Source: a virus. Taken from it: DNA of 64,000 nucleotides. The stretch lies in the UHGV virus genome UHGV-0018639; one strand, written 5' to 3'. A program made the position numbers and the translations under genes. The notes beneath the pieces are model-generated. The model did no database searches and was not told the origin of the DNA. It saw only the letters and a list, made by a program, of their open reading frames with translations. Of this stretch, positions 37,701 through 47,299 are shown one piece after another. Positions within the stretch are counted from its first letter, which is position 1; every line of letters begins with the position of its first letter.

Positions 37701-39563
37701 TCATTCTCTGATCTCCGAAAAGTCTACATTCTGTATAATAAAGTCACGTCTTGGACTTACTTCACTTCCCATTAGGGAATAAAGTAAATCCATTGCTTCT
37801 TCATCATACTCTATCACGTCCATACGCTGATATTCAGGATCAAACATAGATTTACGTGCCTGATTGGGTTCAAGAGAACCGAGGCCCTTATTACGCTGAA
37901 CTTCGCCCTTCACCTTGGTTTTATTTGCTTCATATTCTGCATCAGTAAAGAAATAAGACTCAGTTTTTCCATTATTAACAATCCACAAAGGAGAGCGCAG
38001 CCAACACAGTCTGCCCTCACGAATAAACTGAGGAGCAATATGCGCTAAAGCCGCCATAATAAGCAGGCCAATATGATAGCCGTCACTATCAGCATCGGTA
38101 CAGATAGCAAGCTTGCCATACCGAAGTTTTTTTGCATCATACTTTTCGGGTACAATATTCATAGCACTTAATAGCAATTTAATTTCTTCATTCTCATAAA
38201 CCTTCTCATCAGGATTAGATAAAGCATTGATAATTTTACCTCGAATGGCCATAATACCATACTTAGTATAATCACGGCCCTGCGCCAAGCCTCCTAGTGC
38301 AGAATCACCCTCAGCAATCAACAGAGTGGAGTCTTCTCCCAAAAATTCCGCGTCTTTTAATTTATCGCTCGAAAAAACTTTTCGTTTTTGATTTTTTTCA
38401 ACTTCTTTAGAAGCATTTAAAACTTGCTGACGAGTGCGCTCAGCCGCTTGATCGGCCTTAGCCTCTTTTGTTAAAAGCTCCATAACCTTATCAAACTCGT
38501 CACGGTGCTTTCGCTCAAACTCCTCAAGCATTTGGCCGGTCGCACGTTGACACAAGCCACGGAGAACAGGATTGTTTACTTTTGTCTTTGTTTGATCACT
38601 GAAACTAGGCTGAGGAACTTTGCAGCTTACTGCATAAAACAAACCTTTTCGAAGAATATCAGGTGGAACTTCACCCTTTATTTTCTTTTTGAAAAAGTTT
38701 GTAAGTGCTGTCTTTACGCCTGTAAGACTAGTACCACCTGCGGTATTTTCAAGTCCATTAGTAAAAACGTGCCATTCTTCATTGCGTCCATTTGTCCAAC
38801 ACATCACAATTTCAGCTTCTACGTTATCTTCTTTCATTATAACGTGGAGAGGGGTTTTGTTTAGCGATTTACCCGCGCAAGTTTTCATAAAGTCAAGCAA
38901 TCCATTCTTTGCGTGGTACTGAACTGTTTCCTCTTCCCCTTTTATATGATTATTCAAAATAAAAGTAAGAAATGGATAAAGATAAGACCAGTTGCGACAC
39001 ATTTCTTTTATATCAGAAAATTTGATGTTTATTGGCTCAAGATTATACACTTCTTGAGAGGGAATGAAATCAACAAACATCCCATGTGCTTTAGGATTAT
39101 TAGGTTCACCGACTGTAAGTGAAACTTTATTTCCTTTTTCAAGTATCAATTCACATTCTTTTCCATCTCTCATTGATACCGCGCGAAACTTATCACTCGA
39201 CAAAGCAGTGCCCTTTGCGCCAATGCCATTGAGGCCACCAACATTTTGATAAATTTTATCATTGAATTTGCCACCACTATGAGGTAGTGTATAAATTGCT
39301 TCAAGAGCATCAATACTATCATCTCTCAAACCAAATGGACAGCCTCTTCCATTATCAAGCACGGTAATTCGATTTCCTTCATATAAATCAACAACAATGC
39401 GATCACAGTATCCCATAGTTGCTTCATCTATTGAATTTGTGACGATTTCGCGCACGCACTGTAAAACACCTTGATTATCTGCACTGCCCATATACATGGC
39501 TACGCGAGTTCTTACCGCATCTCGAAAGTTTAATGTTTCAATTGAATTGGCATCATAACTCAT
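37701..39563 (-). CDS. type II DNA topoisomerase, B (GyrB/gp39-like) ATPase-TOPRIM subunit
   Basis: GHKL ATPase region GLNGIGAKGTALSS. TOPRIM LIAEGDSALGGL. Consensus promoter at 39596-39624. Confidence 0.8.
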   Translation of the reverse strand: MSYDANSIETLNFRDAVRTRVAMYMGSADNQGVLQCVREIVTNSIDEATMGYCDRIVVDLYEGNRITVLDNGRGCPFGLRDDSIDALEAIYTLPHSGGKFNDKIYQNVGGLNGIGAKGTALSSDKFRAVSMRDGKECELILEKGNKVSLTVGEPNNPKAHGMFVDFIPSQEVYNLEPINIKFSDIKEMCRNWSYLYPFLTFILNNHIKGEEETVQYHAKNGLLDFMKTCAGKSLNKTPLHVIMKEDNVEAEIVMCWTNGRNEEWHVFTNGLENTAGGTSLTGVKTALTNFFKKKIKGEVPPDILRKGLFYAVSCKVPQPSFSDQTKTKVNNPVLRGLCQRATGQMLEEFERKHRDEFDKVMELLTKEAKADQAAERTRQQVLNASKEVEKNQKRKVFSSDKLKDAEFLGEDSTLLIAEGDSALGGLAQGRDYTKYGIMAIRGKIINALSNPDEKVYENEEIKLLLSAMNIVPEKYDAKKLRYGKLAICTDADSDGYHIGLLIMAALAHIAPQFIREGRLCWLRSPLWIVNNGKTESYFFTDAEYEANKTKVKGEVQRNKGLGSLEPNQARKSMFDPEYQRMDVIEYDEEAMDLLYSLMGSEVSPRRDFIIQNVDFSEIRE

Positions 39564-39595
39564 TTTTTCATCTCCAATCTTATTTTTCTTTTTTA

Positions 39596-39624
39596 ATTAT
39601 AACAAAAATTGAGGAAGAAATCAA
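39596..39624 (-). promoter_or_regulatory. sigma70-like promoter (conserved phage motif)
   Basis: Minus strand TTGATT-17 nt-TATAAT upstream of the gyrB-like gene. Confidence 0.5.
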
Positions 39625-39911
39625 ATTTCTTCCTCTAAATTCATTCTGTCGATTTGTCTTTTATCTCTTGGCGAATGATCAACTGCCGCGCCATAGGTTC
39701 CTTTATGTCGATATGACGCATGACCATTTTTGGTTTTAGTTTTCTTCGATTTTCCCGCCGTTATGTATTTACTTATTTCGCCACTATTGGCAAAATAACC
39801 ATCCTCCGCCCCGGCAGAGCGCCCCGCATGGTCAAGATGGGATAGTAAATGGCGGCGGTGTTTGATTTTTCTTTGGCGAGCTTCGCGCATTTCTTCTTTA
39901 GTTCGACTCAT
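39621..39911 (-). CDS. hypothetical basic protein
   Basis: Arg/Lys/His-rich 96 aa. Confidence 0.3.
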   Translation of the reverse strand: MSRTKEEMREARQRKIKHRRHLLSHLDHAGRSAGAEDGYFANSGEISKYITAGKSKKTKTKNGHASYRHKGTYGAAVDHSPRDKRQIDRMNLEEEI

Positions 39912-40314
39912 TTTTTACTTCAATCCTCATTAGCTCATTTTCACCGAAAGGAAGACTACTAAAAGAAACATTTGTTGTCAATCTTGTTTCAGTGCTCATT
40001 CTTGCTATTGCTGAATTTCCAATTCCTCCGGTGATTGAATTTGTTGAATAAAACTGTTCAATTGTTGTCAGTTTTGGTTTTACAAATTGTGTAATATAAC
40101 AATCAATACCATTCCATTTTGTCTTTATCTTTAAATAAAAAGGCTTTTCATTTTCAAAATCAATACAACTCATATCAAAATAAGTAGTCCCGCAATATGG
40201 GCACTTATTTAGTTCGGGTTCGATTGGAGCCGCGCAATTAGGACAATTTATCTTCAAGGCTTTTCTTCCTCCCAATTTGGTGGAACAAAATTTGTCGCAA
40301 AATCCCAAACCCAT
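39898..40314 (-). CDS. hypothetical zinc-ribbon protein
   Basis: CPNCAAPIEPELNKCPYCG. Confidence 0.3.
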   Translation of the reverse strand: MGLGFCDKFCSTKLGGRKALKINCPNCAAPIEPELNKCPYCGTTYFDMSCIDFENEKPFYLKIKTKWNGIDCYITQFVKPKLTTIEQFYSTNSITGGIGNSAIARMSTETRLTTNVSFSSLPFGENELMRIEVKNESN

Positions 40315-40534
40315 TTACCACGCCACACAAGAAAAAAGGTAGTGCCGCACGTGTTGTCAACATAAGTATCCAAAATGGGTTCAATTTTTTGTGTCTTTAC
40401 ATTTTTTGCTTTGAACATTTATTCCACCACCTTTTACTTTTATTATATTATATCAAAATTTCTTTTCAAAATCAAATTTGTAGAGTTTCAGTTATATTGG
40501 CCTACTTATATAAGTCAAAGGAGGGATGATATCT

Positions 40535-40711
40535 ATGGCTGATACCAAAAAAGCCCCTGAGTGCCGTAATAGAATTATGGCATATGTTATGAATAAACGC
40601 ATTAACTATCGTGTATTAGAAACTCTGTTGGACAATCTTGAAGCAGCTATTATTGCTGATAATAAAACCGAAGAAACACCGATTCAACCAGAAGGCCCCT
40701 CAGAGGGATAA
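40535..40711 (+). CDS. small hypothetical protein (lone plus-strand gene in minus-strand block)
   Basis: RBS aaaggaggga upstream of the MADTKK start. Followed by a terminator hairpin. Confidence 0.3.
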   Translation: MADTKKAPECRNRIMAYVMNKRINYRVLETLLDNLEAAIIADNKTEETPIQPEGPSEG

Positions 40712-40717
40712 ATTATG

Positions 40718-40750
40718 CGCCAGTCTTTTAAATAAGACTGGCGTTTTTTA
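40718..40750. terminator. rho-independent terminator (bidirectional hairpin)
   Basis: cgccagtctt-ttaaat-aagactggcg followed by TTTTTT. Confidence 0.5.
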
Positions 40751-40993
40751 TTTATCTTCAGAACTCCATTTGTTAAGAGTTTTTTGATCGACTCGCAGAA
40801 TATATAAATCATCGTCCTCCCCATTTTTCTGAATGAGAAGTGTATTGATACCAAATCTATTCAAATGCGGCATAAACAAATATAGCCCTTCCAAAGTAGT
40901 GCCGCAGAAGTTCATATTACGCAGATTATGATAAATAAACTGGCGTGTTGCTTCGTTTTCTCTTTCCCAATCTATTCTTTCTATCATTCCCAA
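40748..40993 (-). CDS. hypothetical protein
   Basis: 81-aa ORF translationally coupled to the helicase gene. Confidence 0.3.
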   Translation of the reverse strand: MGMIERIDWERENEATRQFIYHNLRNMNFCGTTLEGLYLFMPHLNRFGINTLLIQKNGEDDDLYILRVDQKTLNKWSSEDK

Positions 40994-42093
40994 CTCCTAA
41001 ATTTTTGTTCTTGTTCTTTTTTGACGCGACGGCGTTTTACCCATAAAAGAAAGTCCTGAGCACGTGTAATAGCGACATAAGCAAGGCGTCCTTCCTCAAC
41101 CATATCAAGCGGCACTCTGTGGGTATAATAATTCGGCTCAGGAATTGTTGCGCCAATTACTACAACCTTCTTTTGTTGAAGTCCCTTTGATGAATGTATT
41201 GTGAGGACTTTGACAGTATTCTGCTTCATTTTTTCTTGAAGTTGACCAAGATTTACTTCTTTTTGCTTGAAAGTATCGCAAAAAATGCCGCGACTTTCAA
41301 GATAAGATTTGACAGTTTCAAGCTGCGCATTAGTGCGAGTCAATACAAACCATTCACCAAATTTGCCATCTTGAAGTATATAATTTGCAACTGTTTCCAA
41401 ATTGTAAAGAATTGTAATCTTTTTTCCCATTTCATCGCGCATTAGAGTAGAATTGTCATAATAACCACAATTCATCCGCTCAATGGCCCATTTTGCGAAT
41501 TCGTGAATAACACGCGAATTACGGAAATTTTCAGATAGTTTATAAGTTGCTACTCCATCAGTCTGGCTCAAATTTACAATAAGGTCAGGATTACTACCCG
41601 CAAATGCATAGATTGTTTGCTTTTCATCTCCTAATATTGTAAATCGTTTTGGGTTTACCATTTCCAGAATAAACTCAAACTGATGATTATTACTATCTTG
41701 TGCTTCATCAAGCAGCAAATGATCGACAGGAAAGTTATTTACACAACGTGGGTTCTGTTTTACTAAATTAAATAGTTCATCAAAGTCTTCGCTTTCAATT
41801 GTTTCTCTAGTTGCAATTTGTTCAGTGTGAAGTAAAAAGTTTGCAAATGAATGAACAGTGCCACAAAATCCAATCTGTAAAGGCTCAAGACGATTTATAA
41901 TTTCTTGCGCCGCATTATTTGTAAATGTAATAGCCACAATATGTGAGGGCAATGTTCCTTGAGATACAAGCCACTTTATGCGTTCAATAAGGCAAAAAGT
42001 CTTTGAAGTGCCTGCACTAGACATTACGACAACCTTGTCTTCTGGCGCAGTTATTATTCTATGTTGCTGTTCTGTTATTTTTATTTCGTCCAT
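40984..42093 (-). CDS. SF1 DNA helicase (compact UvrD/PcrA-like)
   Basis: Motif I SAGTSKT. Motif II LLLDEAQD. C-terminal motif TIHSSKGLQQKKVVVIG. Confidence 0.65.
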   Translation of the reverse strand: MDEIKITEQQHRIITAPEDKVVVMSSAGTSKTFCLIERIKWLVSQGTLPSHIVAITFTNNAAQEIINRLEPLQIGFCGTVHSFANFLLHTEQIATRETIESEDFDELFNLVKQNPRCVNNFPVDHLLLDEAQDSNNHQFEFILEMVNPKRFTILGDEKQTIYAFAGSNPDLIVNLSQTDGVATYKLSENFRNSRVIHEFAKWAIERMNCGYYDNSTLMRDEMGKKITILYNLETVANYILQDGKFGEWFVLTRTNAQLETVKSYLESRGIFCDTFKQKEVNLGQLQEKMKQNTVKVLTIHSSKGLQQKKVVVIGATIPEPNYYTHRVPLDMVEEGRLAYVAITRAQDFLLWVKRRRVKKEQEQKFRSWE

Positions 42094-42905
42094 TATCCTA
42101 CTCTCTCATTTAATCCAAATTTTTTTGTGTCATAAAATTCAGTCCAATATTTTTCGCGTTCAGTCAGCTTATCTTTTGAAACTTTTTCCAATAATTCAAA
42201 AGTAAAATTTTCAATCCCATCTTCCTCCATTATAGTATGAAGGCGCGAATGACTGATGGTGCCACAATGATAGGCAGACTTAGCGTGTTGAATCCAACGG
42301 TCGCGCACATTTGTGGATTTGCCTATATAAATTTCGCCTGTTTTTTCGCGTGTGATTTTATAGATGCCACTTGGTTGTTCTCCGTTTAAGACACGGCGTG
42401 TCATTTCAAGGACAGGTTTAGCACAATAAGTATCATATATCATTTTATCTATATCAATGCGGCGATTAAGTTTAGGGGCTATTTCGCGCAAGACTTGTAT
42501 GTCATTTAATGCCTCAGGAGACAAATTGACTTTGAAGAAGGTCTGTTCTTCAATCTTTTTCTTTTCACGGCGTATATCTTCATTTAAAACTTCGCGGCGT
42601 TCGCGCAAAGCATCAAGAGCTTTTTGGACAATATCACATTGATATTGCGCATCTTGTGTTTCTTGGTTTATTTGTTCTATTCGAGCGTTATATTGAAGTT
42701 CAACTTCATCAAGCTCTTGTCGATATTTCTCCCTTGCTTCTAAAACATTGCGCGCCGCTTCGTCTATAATTTCTTTTTCTTTTTGTAAAACTAAATTTTT
42801 TTTATAATAGTGAATGTATATAAAATTAGCAATTATCAGTGCAACTATTATGAATATGGCCATTACAATTCCTCCTATATTTCTTACTATATATAAGTAT
42901 ATCAT
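42093..42905 (-). CDS. GIY-YIG nuclease-domain protein with N-terminal TM helix and coiled coil
   Basis: C-terminal GIYKITREKTGEIYIGKS...R...H...E GIY-YIG fold. Hydrophobic helix at residues ~15-35. Long coiled coil. Confidence 0.55.
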   Translation of the reverse strand: MIYLYIVRNIGGIVMAIFIIVALIIANFIYIHYYKKNLVLQKEKEIIDEAARNVLEAREKYRQELDEVELQYNARIEQINQETQDAQYQCDIVQKALDALRERREVLNEDIRREKKKIEEQTFFKVNLSPEALNDIQVLREIAPKLNRRIDIDKMIYDTYCAKPVLEMTRRVLNGEQPSGIYKITREKTGEIYIGKSTNVRDRWIQHAKSAYHCGTISHSRLHTIMEEDGIENFTFELLEKVSKDKLTEREKYWTEFYDTKKFGLNERVG

Positions 42906-42948
42906 AAAAAATGCTGGAAGTCAAATTTTCTGACTTCCAGCTTATATA

Positions 42949-43434
42949 TTATGGGTTGGGTTCATCTTCTAATACTTGCCAACATGACATTCGTGTATAA
43001 TATTTGTCTATATAACTATTACCTTTAAGCTCTTTATAATCTTTATAAAGAGTATCTAGCTGTTCTTTCACAGACATAGGAAAGGTTCGTGCATCTCGGT
43101 ATGTATGATATATATCCATTATATTTGCACGTAATATATTTTTTTGGCTTACGGCTAGTAAATCTATTTGTTCACTTTGGTAGATGTTTGTCTCTTCAAT
43201 TCTATCCAAGCGCTCATCTATCCCGTCAAGCCGCGTATCAATATTACCCAACTGCTCTTGTATAGGGGCGAGTTTCTTTTCAATTTCTTCTCCGACTTCT
43301 CCTGCTCGTCTCTGTTTTATTTTACTCCAAAGACCTTGGAAAAAGCCAAATTTTTTACAAATTTTTTCAAACCCATCAGCGACAAGATAAATAGTTATAA
43401 TCATGCCACCAATAAGTTCTGGTGAAAGTTCCAT
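42949..43434 (-). CDS. hypothetical membrane-anchored coiled-coil protein
   Basis: N-terminal hydrophobic segment, then a heptad-rich region. Confidence 0.3.
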   Translation of the reverse strand: MELSPELIGGMIITIYLVADGFEKICKKFGFFQGLWSKIKQRRAGEVGEEIEKKLAPIQEQLGNIDTRLDGIDERLDRIEETNIYQSEQIDLLAVSQKNILRANIMDIYHTYRDARTFPMSVKEQLDTLYKDYKELKGNSYIDKYYTRMSCWQVLEDEPNP

Positions 43435-43475
43435 TCGCTCACCTCCTCGTCCTATAAAAGTAGCCGTTAGTCAAC

Positions 43476-43886
43476 TTACTCTACAGAACTTTGGTGCGCC
43501 CGCCAAACTTCATCATTATGCCAGCGAGATTTTGCAAGATATTTATCTTTGAATAGTTCGTGTGCGTCAGTAAGCGAATAAATATCCCAAAATGGGATAA
43601 TGTATAAGGGAATATGATTAGCTAGCGCATAACTGATTTTGCGGCGGTCGTGCTCTTGTTGCTTCAACAGGCCGCTACGCCCCCCGAAAACTTCATAATA
43701 ATGCTGCTGGCCATTTACTTCAATAAGGCCAAATGGTGTTTTGAAGTCATAGCGGAAGCGTCCGCCGCGCAAGTCTGTGTAAGATACTTCCTTCTGGTAG
43801 TAAATGTGCGCCTTTTGAAGTAAATCGCCAATATAGTTCTCATAATGGCTAGGCATTACATTTCCTCTATCTGACGCCACAGGCAC
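43476..43886 (-). CDS. stand-alone PD-(D/E)xK/Vsr-like nuclease domain protein (paralogue of HE-like C-terminal domains)
   Basis: FRYDFKTPFGLIEVNGQQHY matches the FDFAIF..LIEYNGEQHY core at 32037, 35326 and 36184. Confidence 0.4.
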   Translation of the reverse strand: MPVASDRGNVMPSHYENYIGDLLQKAHIYYQKEVSYTDLRGGRFRYDFKTPFGLIEVNGQQHYYEVFGGRSGLLKQQEHDRRKISYALANHIPLYIIPFWDIYSLTDAHELFKDKYLAKSRWHNDEVWRAHQSSVE

Positions 43887-44965
43887 TCAGATTTATCCTT
43901 ATCATCACGGAAACGCACAAATTTGGGGTGTCTGAGCATCTTATCATCTGTAAGTTGCATAGCACTTACTTCAATAACCCGCCCTGCATAGGTATCAGGA
44001 TGGGATTTTATCTCTTCAGTAAGACCGCTAAGGAAGCCAATGGGATGAATCTTGTCATCATTATACACAGCAATTTCAAGACTACCAGCCATTCCATAGA
44101 AGAAAGATTTTGTAACTGGTTCATATTGCGCGCCCTTTGTAAATTCTTTATAGAAATTGCCTTTCTTGAACTCGTTTGTCTTAGTATCAAGCCAATATTC
44201 CCAAGTTTCAATTTCCTTACCAGTATAAGTCCGTGTAGGCTTTGTGTAACGTCCAGTAAAGAAACAATCTATTGTGTCTTCCAGCTCTTTCTTTATTTTG
44301 AGAGAAATCTTAGTGGAACGCTTGCCCGGTTGATAAAGCCCATTTTCATTTAGAATGACACCGCCTTCACCGCCAGCCGCGAGAGTATCAGCTATCATAT
44401 TCCATAATTCCTGTCCCCAAAAATATTTGGCAGTTGAAACATAAAGGTGTCTATTATCTTGAATTATATTGTCTATGTAATACATATACGACATACGAAC
44501 TTTTGCGGGACTGCCCATAAGGGACTTGCCATTCCAAGCTAGCACATCAAAAATATAGAAGTGGAGCTTGTCATCTTTCTGGCGTGCAATTGCTTTATCA
44601 GTAAGAGCGCCCATTACTTTAGTAACTTCACTAGATCCTTCGTGTGTCGGAAAATAAATTTCGCCAAGAGCACAAGTTCCAATCGGCAAGGCATCAAAAA
44701 ATGATTGAAGTTGCGGAACGTGGTCGAGCTTATCAGCAAAATCACCACTTACACCACGAGAGCGGCTAAGTAGCATTATATTGTTATCTTCGTCTTTTAC
44801 AAATTTAGAGAAGTAACCATCCATTTTTCGAGCGCCCATCCATTCACCAGAAAATACACGCTTACGTGCCTCTTCTTTTGGATCGCCTTTATAGGACTTT
44901 GGATGAGCATAATAACGCATCGGCTCCATCTCTTTGAAATTAAATCCATCTATATAGCCAAGCAT
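43856..44965 (-). CDS. ATP-dependent DNA ligase
   Basis: Adenylation motif I ARKMDGY (KxDG). Motif IV/V EGGVILNENGLYQPGKRS. Confidence 0.75.
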   Translation of the reverse strand: MLGYIDGFNFKEMEPMRYYAHPKSYKGDPKEEARKRVFSGEWMGARKMDGYFSKFVKDEDNNIMLLSRSRGVSGDFADKLDHVPQLQSFFDALPIGTCALGEIYFPTHEGSSEVTKVMGALTDKAIARQKDDKLHFYIFDVLAWNGKSLMGSPAKVRMSYMYYIDNIIQDNRHLYVSTAKYFWGQELWNMIADTLAAGGEGGVILNENGLYQPGKRSTKISLKIKKELEDTIDCFFTGRYTKPTRTYTGKEIETWEYWLDTKTNEFKKGNFYKEFTKGAQYEPVTKSFFYGMAGSLEIAVYNDDKIHPIGFLSGLTEEIKSHPDTYAGRVIEVSAMQLTDDKMLRHPKFVRFRDDKDKSECLWRQIEEM

Positions 44966-45135
44966 TTTGTAGCCTCCTATCTTTTCTTTTTTAGAAAGAT
45001 TCTTTTTGTTTATTTTTCTTGAAGTAATTTTTTCTTTTCTTGACTTATAAGTATTACTTATAAGTAAGACACATACATATCTTACCTATAAGTATAACTT
45101 ACATTTTATATTATATTTTTATAATACGCTTTGGC

Positions 45136-45711
45136 TTACGTGTTTACTATACCAGAATTTTGGAAAGAAGTCAAATTTTTAATGAATCGCTTTGCTTCAA
45201 CTTCCAAGTCCTCAAAAGTTTGATTGTTGTCTATTACATAATCATATTTGTAGTTAAGGACATTTGCATCAGCATGATTTGATGCCTTTGAAGCTTCTGC
45301 TGAATCGCGCCGTATAAGTAAGGTCGTACCATTTGTGGCCTTCTTGAGCTTGTCAATTTCGGCAGGTTCGCGCACATCTACAAAAATGAAGCCTTTTCGC
45401 GGATCGATTTGATAGGACAGCAATTCATCTTCAAACTCGCGCACGTATTTCATTATATCACGGAAAGGCGCATTGTTGTATGCACTCATTAGATCTTTTA
45501 AGTCTGACAGGAATTTACGATCACGTGGCTCTTTTACACCTTGCCAACCAACTTTCGCGGCAACCTCCTTTACCAAATCTACACTACTGCGCGCCCTATA
45601 ATATGGACCAAGAATAAAGCTACACATTTGTTCAAATGTAGTTTTACCACTACTGGGCGCGCCATTTACTATAACCACATTTACGTGGTTCTCAACTATG
45701 TTTGTGTCCAT
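45136..45711 (-). CDS. P-loop kinase (dNMP kinase-like)
   Basis: Walker A NGAPSSGKTTF. About 190 aa with lid-like region. Located among nucleotide-metabolism genes. Confidence 0.45.
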   Translation of the reverse strand: MDTNIVENHVNVVIVNGAPSSGKTTFEQMCSFILGPYYRARSSVDLVKEVAAKVGWQGVKEPRDRKFLSDLKDLMSAYNNAPFRDIMKYVREFEDELLSYQIDPRKGFIFVDVREPAEIDKLKKATNGTTLLIRRDSAEASKASNHADANVLNYKYDYVIDNNQTFEDLEVEAKRFIKNLTSFQNSGIVNT

Positions 45712-46189
45712 TTTCTATTTCTCCTTGAATTTTCTTGCGGGCTTGCACTGCCATTTTATCAACTTCTTCATTATAAGCAATGCCAACGTGCCCACGCACT
45801 TTTTCCCATTTGAAGCGTTCATTCTCAAAATAAGGGATAAGTTCTTGCCAAAGTCTTTTGTTTGCGACAGGCTTTTTCTGTGAATTCAACCAGTTGTATT
45901 TCTGCCACGAGCAATACCATTTCTGGTCATAGCAGTTATGAATGTAGGCGCTGTCTGTAAATACCACACATTCATCAAAGCCAGTGAAGGGAGTTTGTTC
46001 GGTAAGATATTTCAGCCCCTCAATAATGCTGCGCATTTCCATCTGATTGTTAGTTGCACCAACCTCACCGCCGCTCTGTCGAGTGATTATTCCTTTTCCT
46101 TTTTGAATAATCATGAAGGCCCAACCGCCAACAGCGCCTTCTTTTCCATTTTTACTGCAGGCGCCATCAGCCCATAGCTCATATGTCAT
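45692..46189 (-). CDS. rnhA: ribonuclease H (type I)
   Basis: YELWADGACSKN, TNNQMEMRSIIEGL, VVFTDSAYI, WEKVRGHVGIAYNEEVDKMA. Start taken at the internal MTYELWADG. Confidence 0.8.
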   Translation of the reverse strand: MTYELWADGACSKNGKEGAVGGWAFMIIQKGKGIITRQSGGEVGATNNQMEMRSIIEGLKYLTEQTPFTGFDECVVFTDSAYIHNCYDQKWYCSWQKYNWLNSQKKPVANKRLWQELIPYFENERFKWEKVRGHVGIAYNEEVDKMAVQARKKIQGEIENGHKHS

Positions 46190-46646
46190 AGATGGTTGCC
46201 CCTTTCGCAAAGTAGGCATCATAAATGTCAGAAAAAATATTGACATTTTCGACGCGATTGGCGTGAAGCTCGAAAGCAATCAAGTCAAGCGGATCGACTT
46301 TAACATCACCGCGTGGCTTAGCAAATGCACCCGCATAGCGGAAGTAATGAAACGCTTTTGGCCCAAACTCGCGCCAGACGAATTTGATATACGCGAACCA
46401 ATTTTTTGCGGAAAGATAAATTTTTGCATCCTTTGTAAAGATAACGGTCTTGAGAGCTAAATGTAGTATTGCTTTATAGTTACGGTCAGCCGTATCTACA
46501 TTAATTGTAAATTGCAGGTCGCCACCCTGTATGTAATGCGCGAAATTGAGGTAAGTTATTTGGCAGAGATAATCATAGTAGCCGAACTTATCATTTACAT
46601 CGACGAATTCATCAGAGCGCTCTTCTCCCGTTTTGAAATCATACAT
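46179..46646 (-). CDS. hypothetical protein
   Basis: First gene of the minus-strand block. Start taken at MYDFKTGEE with RBS aggagg. Confidence 0.3.
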   Translation of the reverse strand: MYDFKTGEERSDEFVDVNDKFGYYDYLCQITYLNFAHYIQGGDLQFTINVDTADRNYKAILHLALKTVIFTKDAKIYLSAKNWFAYIKFVWREFGPKAFHYFRYAGAFAKPRGDVKVDPLDLIAFELHANRVENVNIFSDIYDAYFAKGATIYDI

Positions 46647-46796
46647 AATAGAAAACCTCCTTTTCCATTTTACTATATATAGTATAACATAAAACGCCCA
46701 AAATTTCAAGTTTTCTCTCTTTTTTAGAGGATAGCTCGCACAAATTTACTTTATAATGGATAGAAATATTCAAATAATTTTAGGAGGTTTAACATA

Positions 46797-47081
46797 ATGG
46801 ATATGTTAGCTCTTTTGCTTGCCGTTTCTATGATTGAGTGGTATATTATCGACAGAGCCAAGTCTGCGATTTGGGACCAGTTTTCTTTCGGTAAATACAT
46901 CACTATGGCGGTCAGCCTGATTGCGTCCTTCTGTCTCGCCTTTGCTTTCAAGCTCGATGTGCTTGTTGCTGTTGGCCTTGTTGAGGAAGTTTCCAATGCG
47001 GGCATTATCCTGACTGGTTTTGCACTGTCCAGCGGCAGTTCTGCTATCGCTGAGATTGTTGGTGGAATTAGCGGTAAGTGA
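46797..47081 (+). CDS. small two-TM membrane protein, holin-like
   Basis: 94 aa with two hydrophobic helices and a charged C-terminus. RBS taggagg. Terminator follows. Confidence 0.4.
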   Translation: MDMLALLLAVSMIEWYIIDRAKSAIWDQFSFGKYITMAVSLIASFCLAFAFKLDVLVAVGLVEEVSNAGIILTGFALSSGSSAIAEIVGGISGK

Positions 47082-47085
47082 TATG

Positions 47086-47118
47086 ATAAATGGGAGTAGA
47101 ATTTTTCTACTCCCAATT
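47086..47118 (+). terminator. rho-independent terminator
   Basis: gggagtagaa-ttttt-ctactccc followed by a T tract. Confidence 0.55.
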
Positions 47119-47245
47119 TTTTCTATCCACACCTTTTATTATAATTATATAAAATATTTTGGGTTACGCTTTTAGCATAATCCATTTTTTTTATTTTTTC
47201 AAGTTTTTGAAAATTGCTTATCCATTGGATTTTATGAAAAAAAAT

Positions 47246-47274
47246 TTGATTTTTCAAAAAAATGATGATATAAT
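47246..47274 (+). promoter_or_regulatory. sigma70-like promoter (conserved phage motif)
   Basis: aaaaTTTGATTtttcaaaaaaatgatgaTATAAT. 17-nt spacer. Confidence 0.55.
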
Positions 47275-47299
47275 AAATGTATAAAATGAGAAAGGAGAT

